A DNA stretch of 64,000 nt, taken from NCBI GenBank assembly GCA_013239625.1, contig MU054187.1:2925757-2989756 (forward strand), given 5' to 3'. Under the pieces are notes generated by a model that saw nothing but the letters and a program-made list of their open reading frames with translations, was not told the origin of the DNA and made no database searches. The DNA comes from Lama guanicoe (lineage: Eukaryota). Below are positions 52,833 to 64,000 of this stretch, piece by piece (position 1 is the stretch's first letter; every line of letters begins with the position of its first letter). The position numbers and the translations under genes are program-made.

Positions 52833-55800
52833 TTTCCAGGTAGATGGAGTAAAAATGCTCTTTCTACATTCCTGCCACTGAACACAACTAAAAACCCTGG
52901 GCGTTGCATGTGTACCAGACATAAGAGGGCTCTGAAAGGTGGAGCGAGGAAGGAAGACTGGCTGGGGGCATCGGGACCCGAGGAAACACCTGCAGGTGGA
53001 TTCCTCGGTCTTTCTTTTTGCCTCATATATCCCAGACCAAATGCCGGAGAAGCTAGCAGCCTGGAAATGCTAGTAGGCACAGGTTAAAAAAAAAAGAGCC
53101 CCAATACGAATCCTGCTCTCTCTAGTAAAATGACCAAAAAGGGAGAAGTCTAGAAAGACAGAAAATCTTTTAGGCAGTAACCACTCTACTTTGGCCAAAC
53201 ACCACAGAAAAAGTGTGGCTGCCTGTCCACTCCTGCTACCAAAGACAGAGGAGAGCCTAGATTTCCACTCTCTTCAGGCTGTAATAAGATGCTCGGTCAC
53301 ATGGACAGGGCGACATCTGAGAATAATAGGAAGTCACAATGTTCACCCCTGCTGGATGGTAATGGGGCCCCCGCCCTCCATGAGATGTCAACAGAGACCT
53401 GTTAAGCTCCTGAACTTCCATCCCACCGGGCAGTGATAAGGTGCCCCTCCACCCCCTCCCTGAGCTGGTATTGGGGGAGGACAAGTGGACAGTCGGGGCT
53501 TTCATCACTATCCAGAGGTGACAAGGCCACACCCTCCCCCATGGTGGGAGTAGAGGACACCTGGGGAGCAGTAACAGGGCGCTTCTGACACTTCTCCAGT
53601 GGAGGCCCTATAGGGTGAAGGAACTCCCACCCCATCCATCAGTAGTGAGGCTCGCATCACCTCTGGTATCAGCGCATGTCAAGTGGGGAAGATGTGCCAA
53701 CAGTGATGGGGCAGCACCCCCTCCTTCCCCTGCTAGAGTGGCGTCAGAAGAAGCCACATGAAACAGAAGATGTGAATAAGATCTAGAGGCTTATCACATA
53801 ATACCCAGAGTGTCTAACCTCTAATTAAAGTTTACACATCATATTAAGAATCAGAAAAATCTCAACTTGCATGTGAAAGAAACAATCAATAGACATAGTA
53901 TTGAGAGAACAATGATGTGATAGTTACCTGACAAAGATTTTTATGCATGCATCATAAAAATGATCCAGTGAACAATTATGAGCATGTTTGAAATGAATGA
54001 AAAAATAGAAGACATTAGCAAATAAATATAAAGGAGGAAGAAGAATCAGATGGAAGTTTTAGCACTGATAAAATGAAAAGATCAATGGATCAAGAGCAAA
54101 ACGGAGATGACCAAGGAAAGAATCAGTGATCCTGAAATAGAACAGGAGAAATTACTCAATCTGAATAACAGAGAGAAAATAGACGGGGCTGGGGTAGGAG
54201 CTGGGGGTCGAACAGAGATGCAGGGATTTGGAGGACGATAACGAAGATCTAACGTATATGTTATTGGAGTCCCCAGAAGAAAAGAGCTAAAGGTATTTGA
54301 AGAAATAATGGCTGGAATTCCCCCAAATTTGGTAAAAGATACATACCTACAGATATAAGAAGCTGAGTAGACTCCAAACAGGATAAATCCAAAGAAATCT
54401 GTGCAAAGACACATCACAGTCAAACTTCTACAAAGTAAAAACAAAGAAAAAATTGAAAGAAGTAAGAAAGAAAATCTTGCCTATAAAGGAGAAACAATTT
54501 GAATGATAGTGGATTTCTCATTAGAAACCATGGAAAACCAGTGAAAGTGGCACAATATTTTCAAGTGCTGAAATTAAAAAAGAATTCAACCAGAATTCTA
54601 AGTCCAGTGAAAATGTCCTTCAGGAATGAAGGGGAAATCAAGACATTCTCAGATGAGGGAAACTAAGATAATCTGTTGCCAACAGACCGACTTTAAAGGA
54701 ATGATTAAAAGGTCTGCACACAAAAAGGAAATGATAGAAGGAGGACTCTTGACACATTGAGACAAAAGAAAGAATAAGATAAAGAGGACACTACAAATGA
54801 GTATCTACTTTCTTCTCCTCTTGAGTTTTCTAAATTATGTTTGACAGTTGGCATAAATAGGACCACATGGACTGATGTGATTCTCAATGTATGTTTAGGA
54901 ACTATATAAAAATTACATTATAAGTGGGAAGGTAAAGGAATGTAAAGGGAAGAAAGATTTCTATATTTAAGACACACTAGTTAAACCAGAAGACTGGGGA
55001 AAGTTATGCTTAAATAATATAATACCTAAATAAATCACTAAATCTCTTTGTATAAGAAACTGTATAAAGAGACACACTTAATAACACTTTAGATAAACCC
55101 AAACTGGAATTCTAAAAATGAAAAAAAGTTCAACTGACCCAGAGGAAGGTAAAGAATGGAAATCGATCAAACATAAAACAGAGAGAACAAACAGAAAACA
55201 AAAAAATAAGAGGACATATGTAAGCTCTATAATATCAATAACCACATTAAACATAAACAGTCTAAATACACAAATTGAAGGACAGAGATTGGCAGTTTGG
55301 AATTTAAGAAGAAAACCTGACCTAACTCTATGCTGCTTGTAAGAAACTCACTTCAAGAATAATGACATATGTAGGTTGAAAGTAAAAGGATGGAAAAAAT
55401 GTCCCATAAAAATAGGAATCAAAATTAAGCAGTAGTGGTGGCTATATTAATATCAGATAAAGTGTACTTTAGGGTAAAGAAAATTGCCAGTGATGGAGAG
55501 GGCCATTAGGTGATAATAAAAGGTCAATCTAAGAAGAATAACAATCCTGGCATATGCACCTTAAACAGTAGAACCTTAAAATATGTGAAGTAAAACTGAG
55601 AACAGAGGAAAAACCAGACAAATCTGCAATTATTGTTGGAGGCATCAACAGCCCTCTCTCAACAATTAACTAGACAGAAAACCAGCAAGGATATAGAAAA
55701 AAAGTGTCGACTGACATGTATAGGGCATTCAATTCAATAGCAGAATGTACATTCTTTTCAAGTGCCTGAGGAGCAGACATCAAGACAGATCATATCCTGA

Positions 55801-57045
55801 GCCATAAAACAAACCACAATAAATTTAAAAGAATTTAAATCAAAGCAAAAACGTCATGATCTGGAGTTGCACTAAAAGTTATTACACATGAAAAACCTGA
55901 TTCATAAAAAAAAGATAAATTAAAGTTTAAAATTTTTGCTTTGCAAAAAAACCCTGATAAGATGCTGAAAAGATAAGATACAGACTGAAAAGACATTTGC
56001 AAACCTTTTATCTGTTTAGGGGCTCATATCTAGACTCTATAAAGAACTCTCAAAACTCAACAGTAAAAAACAAATAAAAAATCCAATTAGAAAATGCAAA
56101 CAACATGAAGAGACATTTTATTGAAGAAGACATACAAAGAGCAAATGAGGACATAAAAATGATGCTCAACATCACTAGCCGTTAAGACTACAATGAGATA
56201 TCACTACACACTTGTTAGAACAACTAAAATTTAAAAATAGTGACAATACCAAATGCTGGTGAGGATGCAGACAAATTGGACCTGTCATTCATTGCTGGTG
56301 GGAAGGTAAAATGGTACAGTCACATTGGAAATTAGTTTGACAGTTTGCTAGGAAATCTAAACATGCACTTACCTTGTGACCCACCAATTGCCTTATTGGG
56401 CATTTATTTATGAGAAATAAAAACTATGTCTGCCCCAAAACCCATATATGCTTGTTTATAGCAGCTTTATTTGAAATAGCTCCAAACTGGAAACAACAAA
56501 AATGCGCCCTACTAGGTGAATAGGTAAACAGCCCCATCCTGCGGAATCCCAGCCTGCAGTACAAAGGAAGGCTCACAAATAAAAAGGAATGGAACAGCTT
56601 GGAACGATCTCTCAAGGACACTATGCCAAGCGAGAAAATCCAACATGAAAAAGCCACTGTGTAATTTCCCGTATGAGTCCACTTGTGTAACAGTCTCACA
56701 ATGACAGATGCATGGAGATGGAGAACGAATTGGTGCCAGGGCTTAGGGGTGGAGGGGAGGAGGGAGATGAGCGTGACTACAAAGGGTACCACGAGGGAGA
56801 ACTTTGCGGTGATGGCGTAGTTGTGAATCCTGGTTCTGGGGGTGGTGACCTGGATCTACACGTGTGGTAACGTGACAGGACCGTCAGCCCACCTCATACC
56901 AACGTCAGCTGCCTAGTTTTGATGTCATACGCAGGAGGTGACCAGTGGGAGGGAAACTGGATCAAGGTTTACAGGTCCTCTCTGTACTATCTTTGCATTT
57001 TCCTACGAATCTATAAATATTTTAAAACAAAAAGTTTTATAAAAA
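52833..57045 (+). mobile_element. Old L1 (L1MC/MD-like): 5' region, ORF1 remnant, endonuclease remnant, internal deletion, ORF2 3' end, 3' UTR
   Basis: ORF1-like text at ~54000-54720 (attggagtccccagaagaa; gtggatttctcattagaaaccatgga); EN-like ISITTLNINSLNTQIEGQRL at ~55230; jump to the ORF2 3' part near 55848; terminal ggtcctctctgtactatctttgcattttcctacgaatctataaatattttaaaacaaaaagtt. Confidence 0.92.
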
Positions 57046-57733
57046 TCCTAATTTGGCTCTGATGTTCTAAGGCATTCACTGTATATTTGACACCCTGTGG
57101 TGCAGGCTTTTTTTTTTTTTTCTTTTTGAGAAGCTTCTCCACCCTGGTGGTAATCTGGTCATTGCCTTCTAGGTTACTATCCCTTCGACTTAGGAATGAT
57201 CAAGAAAGTCCTACTTTCTTGAAGGCTGAAGAGTTTGGGAAGCAACCTCCGTTCCTTCATTATTTTAAAATGCAGAATAAAGCAGCGATGGACACTCTTA
57301 GTCTTCTATAAATAAAACACTTCCTCTTTCTTTTAATGGAGACTGGCAGATTGAGTCCCTGCTGAGCAGCCATTAAGGGAAGCACCGCCTGGCAGGTGCA
57401 TATCTAGCTGCCCGGGAGGTGATAAACGGTTCTGGAGCTGGTATCAAATAATAGACATTCTTCTCAAAGTACTACACTTTTTATGCTTAAATCTTCCTGA
57501 AGAGCCATGTATTAATCCTAGATTTAATCTTAATTAAACTGAAATTTAATTTAGTTTTTGTTCTAGGATTAGGGTAACTAAAGCAAGTGCGTTTGTCACA
57601 CACCTAACTTTCCTCATAGTGCACACCTAAAGTGATTTGGCAAGTTGTTTTAGTTCCACATCCTTCAAAATAACTTTTGTGCTACTTTCTGGTGCCAGGG
57701 CGATCCAGATCATAAAACTGAAAAAGAACTTAC

Positions 57734-57793
57734 ACATCGCCTGGTCCACAGTGCTCAGATTGACACCAACAAGTGTTCTCTTTTGGAACACGA
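57734..57793 (-). other. Candidate 60-nt exon
   Basis: Good donor TGT|gtaagt but purine-rich, weak acceptor aaataaatag|. Confidence 0.25.
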
Positions 57794-58714
57794 CTATTTA
57801 TTTATTTACTGGAGCTCAAATGTCTTTCAGTTGAGCACAAGATATCCATTGGCCGCAGCCCAAACTAGTCTCTCTGGGTCACCTCTGTTTTCTCACAATA
57901 CATTCCTTGCTTGGGATTTGAGTGTGACACTCTCCCTCCCGGTTTAGTTAGCACTCACACAGCAGAAGAAACAGAGAGCAGAGGCCGGAGGAGGTTTTTT
58001 ACTACGATCATACAGCTAATTCACTGCAAAGCTGCGTCTACACCTGCCTCAGTCTTTCTGTTCCTCACTTACTCCACTGGACTGTCTACCCAGCGGGCAT
58101 GAAAGCAAAGCCAGGTCCTGGGGAGAGAGTCTCTGTGTGTCCAGCAACACTCCAAGGGGCAGCCCAGCGGGACACCCAGGCCAAGTTCAGACTGATCTCT
58201 TGTCGTGTAATGTGGGTCACTCACTGCGAGAAACACCCTGCGTCTCTGCTGTCTCTCTCCTACCCCCACCCCCATCCCCACCCTGTCCAAATTGATTTTG
58301 TGCTTCCTGCTTTTCTGTGCTTAGACAAAGAAAGCAACGTAACATGCAGTCGGTGGATGGTTGCCAAACAAGCAGAGTGGCCTTTAAAAAAACCACTTGC
58401 TTCACATTTCCAACAGCAGTTCAAAGTTGCTCTCCAAGCAGACGCTGCATTATGCTAATAATATGCTAAATCATTAAGGTCTTCCGATCTGTCTATTGAT
58501 TGTTTAAGTAGAGCGTTATGACAGGCAAGTGCTGGTGCGGGAAGTATCGGCCCGCCCACCGTGCGCTCTCCAGCAGGCCCCGCTGGCGTGCGCCTCGCAC
58601 TAACTCTGACACGTTGCACATCGCGAGCCATTTCATCACGCACAGAGATGGTCTTTGGGGAACATTGACACTCTAGAAAAATGGTAAAAATATAGGTCAT
58701 ATAAAAATAATAAC

Positions 58715-58930
58715 AATTCATTATTTATCGAGTGCTTTCCGTGAGCCAGAAACAGTGCTGGGAGCTTTCCCGGTATCGTCTCTAGTATGTCAAGGCCACC
58801 CACAGGGATTACTGTCCTCTGTGCATGCCTAGCGGAACTGAAGCTCAGAAAGGTGAAGTCATGCTAAACTCTCTTGGCTGGTCATGGCCGCCATCAGGAT
58901 CTGGACCGAGACCCAGCAGAGGTGAGGTCC
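58715..58930 (-). mobile_element. MIR
   Basis: atttatcgagtgctttccgtgagccagaaacagtgctggg...ggaactgaagctcagaaaggtgaagtcatgc. Confidence 0.75.
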
Positions 58931-61471
58931 CTGTCTGCCTAAGGAGTAGCTCAGATTTACCAAATCAGCTGTCTCTTTCACCTCTGGGGCCCTGGACAAA
59001 GAGTTAGTGGTTTGGGGGCTCCACCTTGCAGTAAAGGCAGTTCTCGGTGACCACGTGAGGGAACGCTGGAGGCAGAGCTGGCGCATCAGGGTGGGGGCCC
59101 CCGTGAAGTGGCAACAAACATGTAATTCAGGCGCACCCCCGGCACCACCCAGCGCCCGGTGCACACTTACTGGTGATGTGGGCACACCTGCCTCTAAGGG
59201 CAAGTCTCCCAGGAAGCCGGGAGAGGGGACATCTGAGGGGACAGAGAAAACCTGGTTTAAGAGGCTTACTTTGACACCTGGTAAATAGGATTTTCGAAAT
59301 CTTGGATCGTTTGCAAAAGGCTAAATAAATTACAGAACAGTTTTCCAGCTGAGATCCATGGGGATGTCTTAACAGACAGGAGCCTGGGGAAAGGGGCGAG
59401 TTGGAGAGGAGGGGACTTGAAATGGCCGCACTCTGGGTCCCACCCCCACGAGCAGAGCCCTGCCGGTGGTTCATGACACAACGCAGACAACGTACTAGCT
59501 TCGTCCTTTCAAGGGCGTGCTCCTGGGCCGGGGGCGGGGTGGGGGTGTGTGGGGAGTGGGGGCTGTTGGGGGTGGGGGAGAATCTCTGAAATAGGAGCCG
59601 AATTGGACTGAAATGTTTGGAAACTAATCACAGATGGTGTAAACACCTATTTAGAATTTTCTCACTTATTTTACTTTATCTTTAGAATTTTAGAAAGATT
59701 TGTGTTTTTGAACCATCAGATCTCTGTCTCTGTCTCTCCAGCTCCTATTCGATCCCACAGCTCACCCCGGCTCTGAGCCTCCCGCGTTCCTCCTCGGGCG
59801 TTGAGAACAGCCCCCTGGGAACGTGGCTGCTTCTCCATTCACACCCCTCACGGATCAGCCTTTGTCAGACAGAGGGGCGGCCACTGGATCCCACCCAGGA
59901 ATGAACAGCAACATCCGTTCTGTCATCGAGGACTAATAGTTTTTACTGCCTTTTCTAGCGCAGTGTACTCAGAGCTCCAGAGCCTCTCTCACATGCATGA
60001 GTTTTTCATCTTTAGTACCTCTTTCTCGCCCAGGCCCTCACTCATAACGCCTTCCTATGCAAGCCTCATTCCCTCCGCACGTAGGGCTGTCCCCCTCCTG
60101 CCTCCGCTCCAGGCTCTTCTGTTACTCTGCTCTGGGCTCTGTTCAAAGTCTTTTTACGTACCGGTCTCCTCTTCTTTCCCTTTTCCTTTCCTCATGACAT
60201 TATTTACCTAAAGCATTTAGGAATGAAACTTCAAGACTTTTCCCAAGAATTGACTCTCATGAGCTATTTTCCCTAGAGACGTGGCATCACAATTAGAAAA
60301 ACCTAGCATTGCTCTTATCTCAATTCAAGAAACCTTTGCTGTGTCATGTGCACGGTACCCAGAGTTGCACAATTCAACTGAACACTAAGTGCCAGAAACT
60401 GTCCTGCCTGACCACTCCGCACACTTCCTCCTGACCCTCCTCAGCACACTCACTTCGTCTCTCACCTTGAAAGAAAAACAAACAAAAACTTCCTGAACAC
60501 ACCCATCCCCAAGTACAACAGATGCTCTCAGCTTCACAGCCACCCTTTCAAAGCTGGTATATTGCGTTTCCTGTCCCCACGCCCTCATCTCCTGCTCGCT
60601 GCCCCACTCCATCGCCACCTCGCCCATCTGTTCCCCTACCACCCCATTTTGCTCCTACTTTAAAAAATATATATCCTACCATTAAAAACCCAATCTCATT
60701 ATTCACTCTGCACTTGCACGTATGTGTTGTTAAGGCTGTTTTCCCTGCCAGGCTGAGCCCCATGAGAACAAGGATTATGTTTTACTTATTAAGTTAAATC
60801 ATGTTAAATTGCTGTTTAAATTGCCATTAACTGGTTTTAACTTATAAAAGCAGCAATTATGGTTCAGTCTACTATCCTTGTATCCTTAGCTCCAAATACG
60901 GTTTGTGGTGCAAAGTTTAGGTTCAGTAAATATTCCATAACTGAATTAACACATGCAATGTCCACACTTTATGGACTTATTGAATAGTTGTTACAAACTT
61001 TTAACTGACATTTATTTCTCAGAATTTATCACTCTTAAGTGATTTGTCCTCTAAAGCTTCAAGAATCAAAACATATTTTGCCGAGAGAAAAAGTTATCTC
61101 TAAACTTGCAGAATCTAATACATTATGAATATAATATACATAAATTCTTGTCCATACACTGAAAGTACATATGAAGCCATGTCATAGATCTCTGAAATAC
61201 AACATTTAACTTGCCATTATTATATTACAATCAAAGTTGTAGCTGAAGTTTGAAACTCATATTGCTTCCGTGTGAAAACTATTTCGGTTTTCACTTGGGC
61301 GTGTCACTTTAAAATAAAAAGGTGACGCCATCTTTCAGAAGCAAGTTTCTGAGTTACATTTAGAGCAGTGACCTGCTTTGTTTTGTTTAGTCTTCTTATC
61401 ACTTGGCAGCGTTTAAGTGTCAGGTAACACTGATTCCTGGCCGTTTTCCTGACTTGGGGAATTGAGTTCAC

Positions 61472-61530
61472 CTTAAAATTTTCATCTTCGGAAGCAGCAC
61501 AGAGACCTTCTCTCTAGCCAGAAGCACGTC
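61472..61530 (-). other. Candidate 59-nt exon near the 5' end of the minus-strand transcript
   Basis: ctcgctgtctttttcag|GACGTG...TTAAG|gtgaac. Confidence 0.45.
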
Positions 61531-61682
61531 CTGAAAAAGACAGCGAGATATTCTAGCTTTCCTTCTCTGTAGGAAATGCATTTCATTTTTCCTTTGTCTT
61601 TGAATGAGTAATGTTTTCCCAGTGCTCTTTCCAATGGCTTGATTGTGATCCTGGATGCTTTTTGGATTGCTGGTCCTGTGGC

Positions 61683-61705
61683 TTGTTTGTTTGTTTGTTT
61701 GTTTT
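61683..61705. repeat. (TTTG)n microsatellite
   Basis: ttgtttgtttgtttgtttgtttt. Confidence 0.9.
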
Positions 61706-61789
61706 GTCTTGAAGGCTGTTGAAATGGGAACACTGAAAATCCAGTGCATCCTTTAAGTAAGCAAGAAGAGCGGAAGGAAAGGTATCCAG

Positions 61790-63060
61790 CACAGGTCTCG
61801 GGCAAATGGCCGCCTTTATGCAGGCAGGGAAATCATAGGCCGGGCACGGAAGCCAAGTCCCCCATGGATTCCACTCCTGCTCGCCCCCAAAGCCCAGAAG
61901 TATAACGGAAGGGACCCTCACCACAGTGCATCCCCGAGGCGGGAGGCCCACACCCAGTGGGCTGGTTTGTCCGTCTGCGAAAGGGGGTAAGAAGCAGAGA
62001 GCTCAGCGGTCCCAGCAGAAGGAGACCCCAGGTGAGGGGGAAGGAAACAAATGATGACTGCGCAGACGCTGTGCGCATTCACATCCACCTGTGTCTAACG
62101 GGGGATGAAATGGCGTAACCGGGTAAAGGGAACGAGGTAGCCCAGGTCTGAGGTTGTGCTTTGGCAAGAAAGATCCAAATGGCCGTGCTAGAGTTCAAAA
62201 ATTCTTATCATCGTGCAAATTTCACATGCACAAAAGATACAGTGACTCCGATTCATTTCAAAGGAAAGAAAGAACCCAGCTTTCCAGAGGGTAAAATGTT
62301 TATGGAAAACCATGTGACCGAAGAGCCGAGGAGTCTGAAGCCAGACGCGGTGGGTTAGTGTTGCACACGGTGGCCTCGGGCAAGTGGCCGGAGGGTTGGG
62401 CCGTGGCTTCCTCGAATGGGAACGGAAGCAATCCTCACTTCTCAGGGCTGTGGAGAGCGCCGAAAGCACTGCACGTGGGAAGTGTCTTGCTCGTGGAAAA
62501 TGTGAAACGAACGCTGACTATCTTAGCTCCGCTTCCCGGGGAGACATCCACGGTAGGCGCTGCCTCTGAGCGCCCTGCGAGCTGCCCGTTACCTTCTCAC
62601 TGGCCTTTAAACGAAGGTGAGGCCAAGCACGAGGAGGGGCTGGACGGTCAGAGAGACTTCAGCTCAAACTCCGGCTCCGCTGCTGACGAGCGGAGCCAGC
62701 CCTGGAAAGCCCCTCGCGGGGAGGCCGGGCGGCAGCACGAGCGGCGCTTACGGCACCTGGCTCTGGGTTTGAAGTCTCGTCTCTCTTTCCTCCCTGCCAC
62801 ATCGCGGTCGTGTGATGTGCAGGAACTTGTCCCACCTCCACTGATCCTTCTGTTAATTGGGGATGATGAAGTGTATTTCTCAGAGTATCAGGAGGAATGC
62901 TAATAATGGCTGATGTTTCTCAGTTTGCGTCTCGGGAGTGTGAAACAGAGCACGGACGGGCGGGCCGTCCCGTCGTGCTGACAAGGCCTGGGGACGCGGA
63001 GGGTCCGCTTCGGGGCAACACTCAGAGGGGGAGCTTGGACAGTGACGCAGGTAAGTGCCC
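61790..63060. promoter_or_regulatory. CpG-rich putative promoter region
   Basis: High CpG density; NRF1-like tgcgcagacgc/tgtgcgca at ~62059-62077; minus-strand donor TGTG|gtgagg at 61922 and plus-strand donor GCAG|gtaagt at 63050. Confidence 0.4.
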
Positions 63061-63884
63061 CTTTCCTTCCCCCGTGTTGCCCGTGAATTGGGTTTTAAAG
63101 CTCTGCTCTTGAAGGAGACTTGTGGACGAGAGATCATTTATGCTTTTGAAGTGAATAAAGAAGTATGATTCTTAAAACTCACCAGACAATCTGGTGTGTA
63201 GGGAGCTTGGGCGAAGGGCGTTGAGCAGATCTGCAGACTTCTGAGTCTCCCATATGTGAGAAAAGCAAACTGTCACTTGAAGGGTCCGGTGCTTCCACAA
63301 GGCTCACCAGGCTGAGTCCCACGCCACACGGGCTGCCTGTAAAACGGGCAGAAAAGGAATAAGGTTTCTAAAGATACTCACCTCCAGAATGTGGTTTGTC
63401 CTCAATGACCCTCGTGACTGCTTTCACAGAGCCTACGGACAGGACACTAGGCAAACGTTTCAGTGGCTGTAAACCCTACAGATCCTTCTAGGTCTCCAGG
63501 AAGAGGGGCAGGAGACGGGGCGTGATTCACACACAGTGGCATAGAAAGCCAGTTGCCATCACGGAGCGCAGCTCTGCTATTTGGGGCCTGTAAGGCCTAT
63601 TCTATATCATTCATGAAGGAGAGATGCCATCGTCCCCCAGCCCAGGCAATGGTCCCTTAGTGACAGGCAGCGCCCCCAGCTCTGATCTGGAAGGGTGGTG
63701 CAGCCTGAGAAAGGCCGGGAACAGCAAGCCATCTCCTGCCTGCAGGTTCAGTGCTGTTTCTCCACATTCTCCTTGTGACCAAAACCCAAAAGCAATGCTG
63801 GAGTCTCAGCTGAAGCTCATCGCGACTGGAAATCCATCCACTAGGGCGGCAAATAGGTTAGTGGAACGGATCTTGTAAATACTC

Positions 63885-64000
63885 TTACTTATAGTTAATT
63901 AATTTCCACAAAAGCATGGAAGTGATTCAATGGGAAAAGAAATATCTTTTCAAAAAAAGGTGTTAAAACAACTGGTTAACTACATGGAAAAAGTGACCTC
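63885..64000 (+). mobile_element. L1 ORF2 fragment running off the window
   Basis: attcaatgggaaaagaaatatcttttcaaaaaaaggtgttaaaacaactggttaactacatggaaaaa. Confidence 0.7.

Noticed and set aside
62358..62903. 181-aa plus-strand ORF
   Set aside because: GTG start in GC-rich sequence where stops are rare; no family features.
1..64000. CRISPR arrays, operons, phage or other prokaryotic systems; assignment of the exon chain to a named gene such as PKD1L1 or C1orf127
   Set aside because: The sequence is eutherian with no repeat-spacer arrays. The translated exons did not match any protein I can recall, so no gene symbol is given.

Overview
Mammalian genomic DNA, most likely camelid (camel/alpaca/llama), judged from a camelid-type tRNA-derived SINE at ~13.75-13.9 kb. 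No prokaryotic features, CRISPR arrays, rRNA or true tRNA genes were seen. The window is mostly intron-like and CpG-rich in patches, and carries the usual eutherian repeats: several L1 fragments (one ~4.2 kb old L1 with its RT region deleted), MIR/L2 relics, MaLR (MLT1) LTRs, one well-preserved solo ERV LTR and microsatellites. Almost none of the six-frame ORFs look like real single-exon genes. The main unexplained structure is a chain of short minus-strand segments bounded by canonical AG/GT splice sites, running from ~63.4 kb down to poly(A) signals near 0.3 kb. Eleven of them (40397 to 1168) can be spliced into one open 332-aa frame that I cannot assign to a known gene. The strongest alternative splice choices introduce a stop or a frameshift, so this could be a poorly annotated, possibly testis/ciliary gene (an RFX X-box lies upstream of the ATG exon), a decaying pseudogene, or a spliced lncRNA. 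The model was assembled by hand and may be over-fitted.
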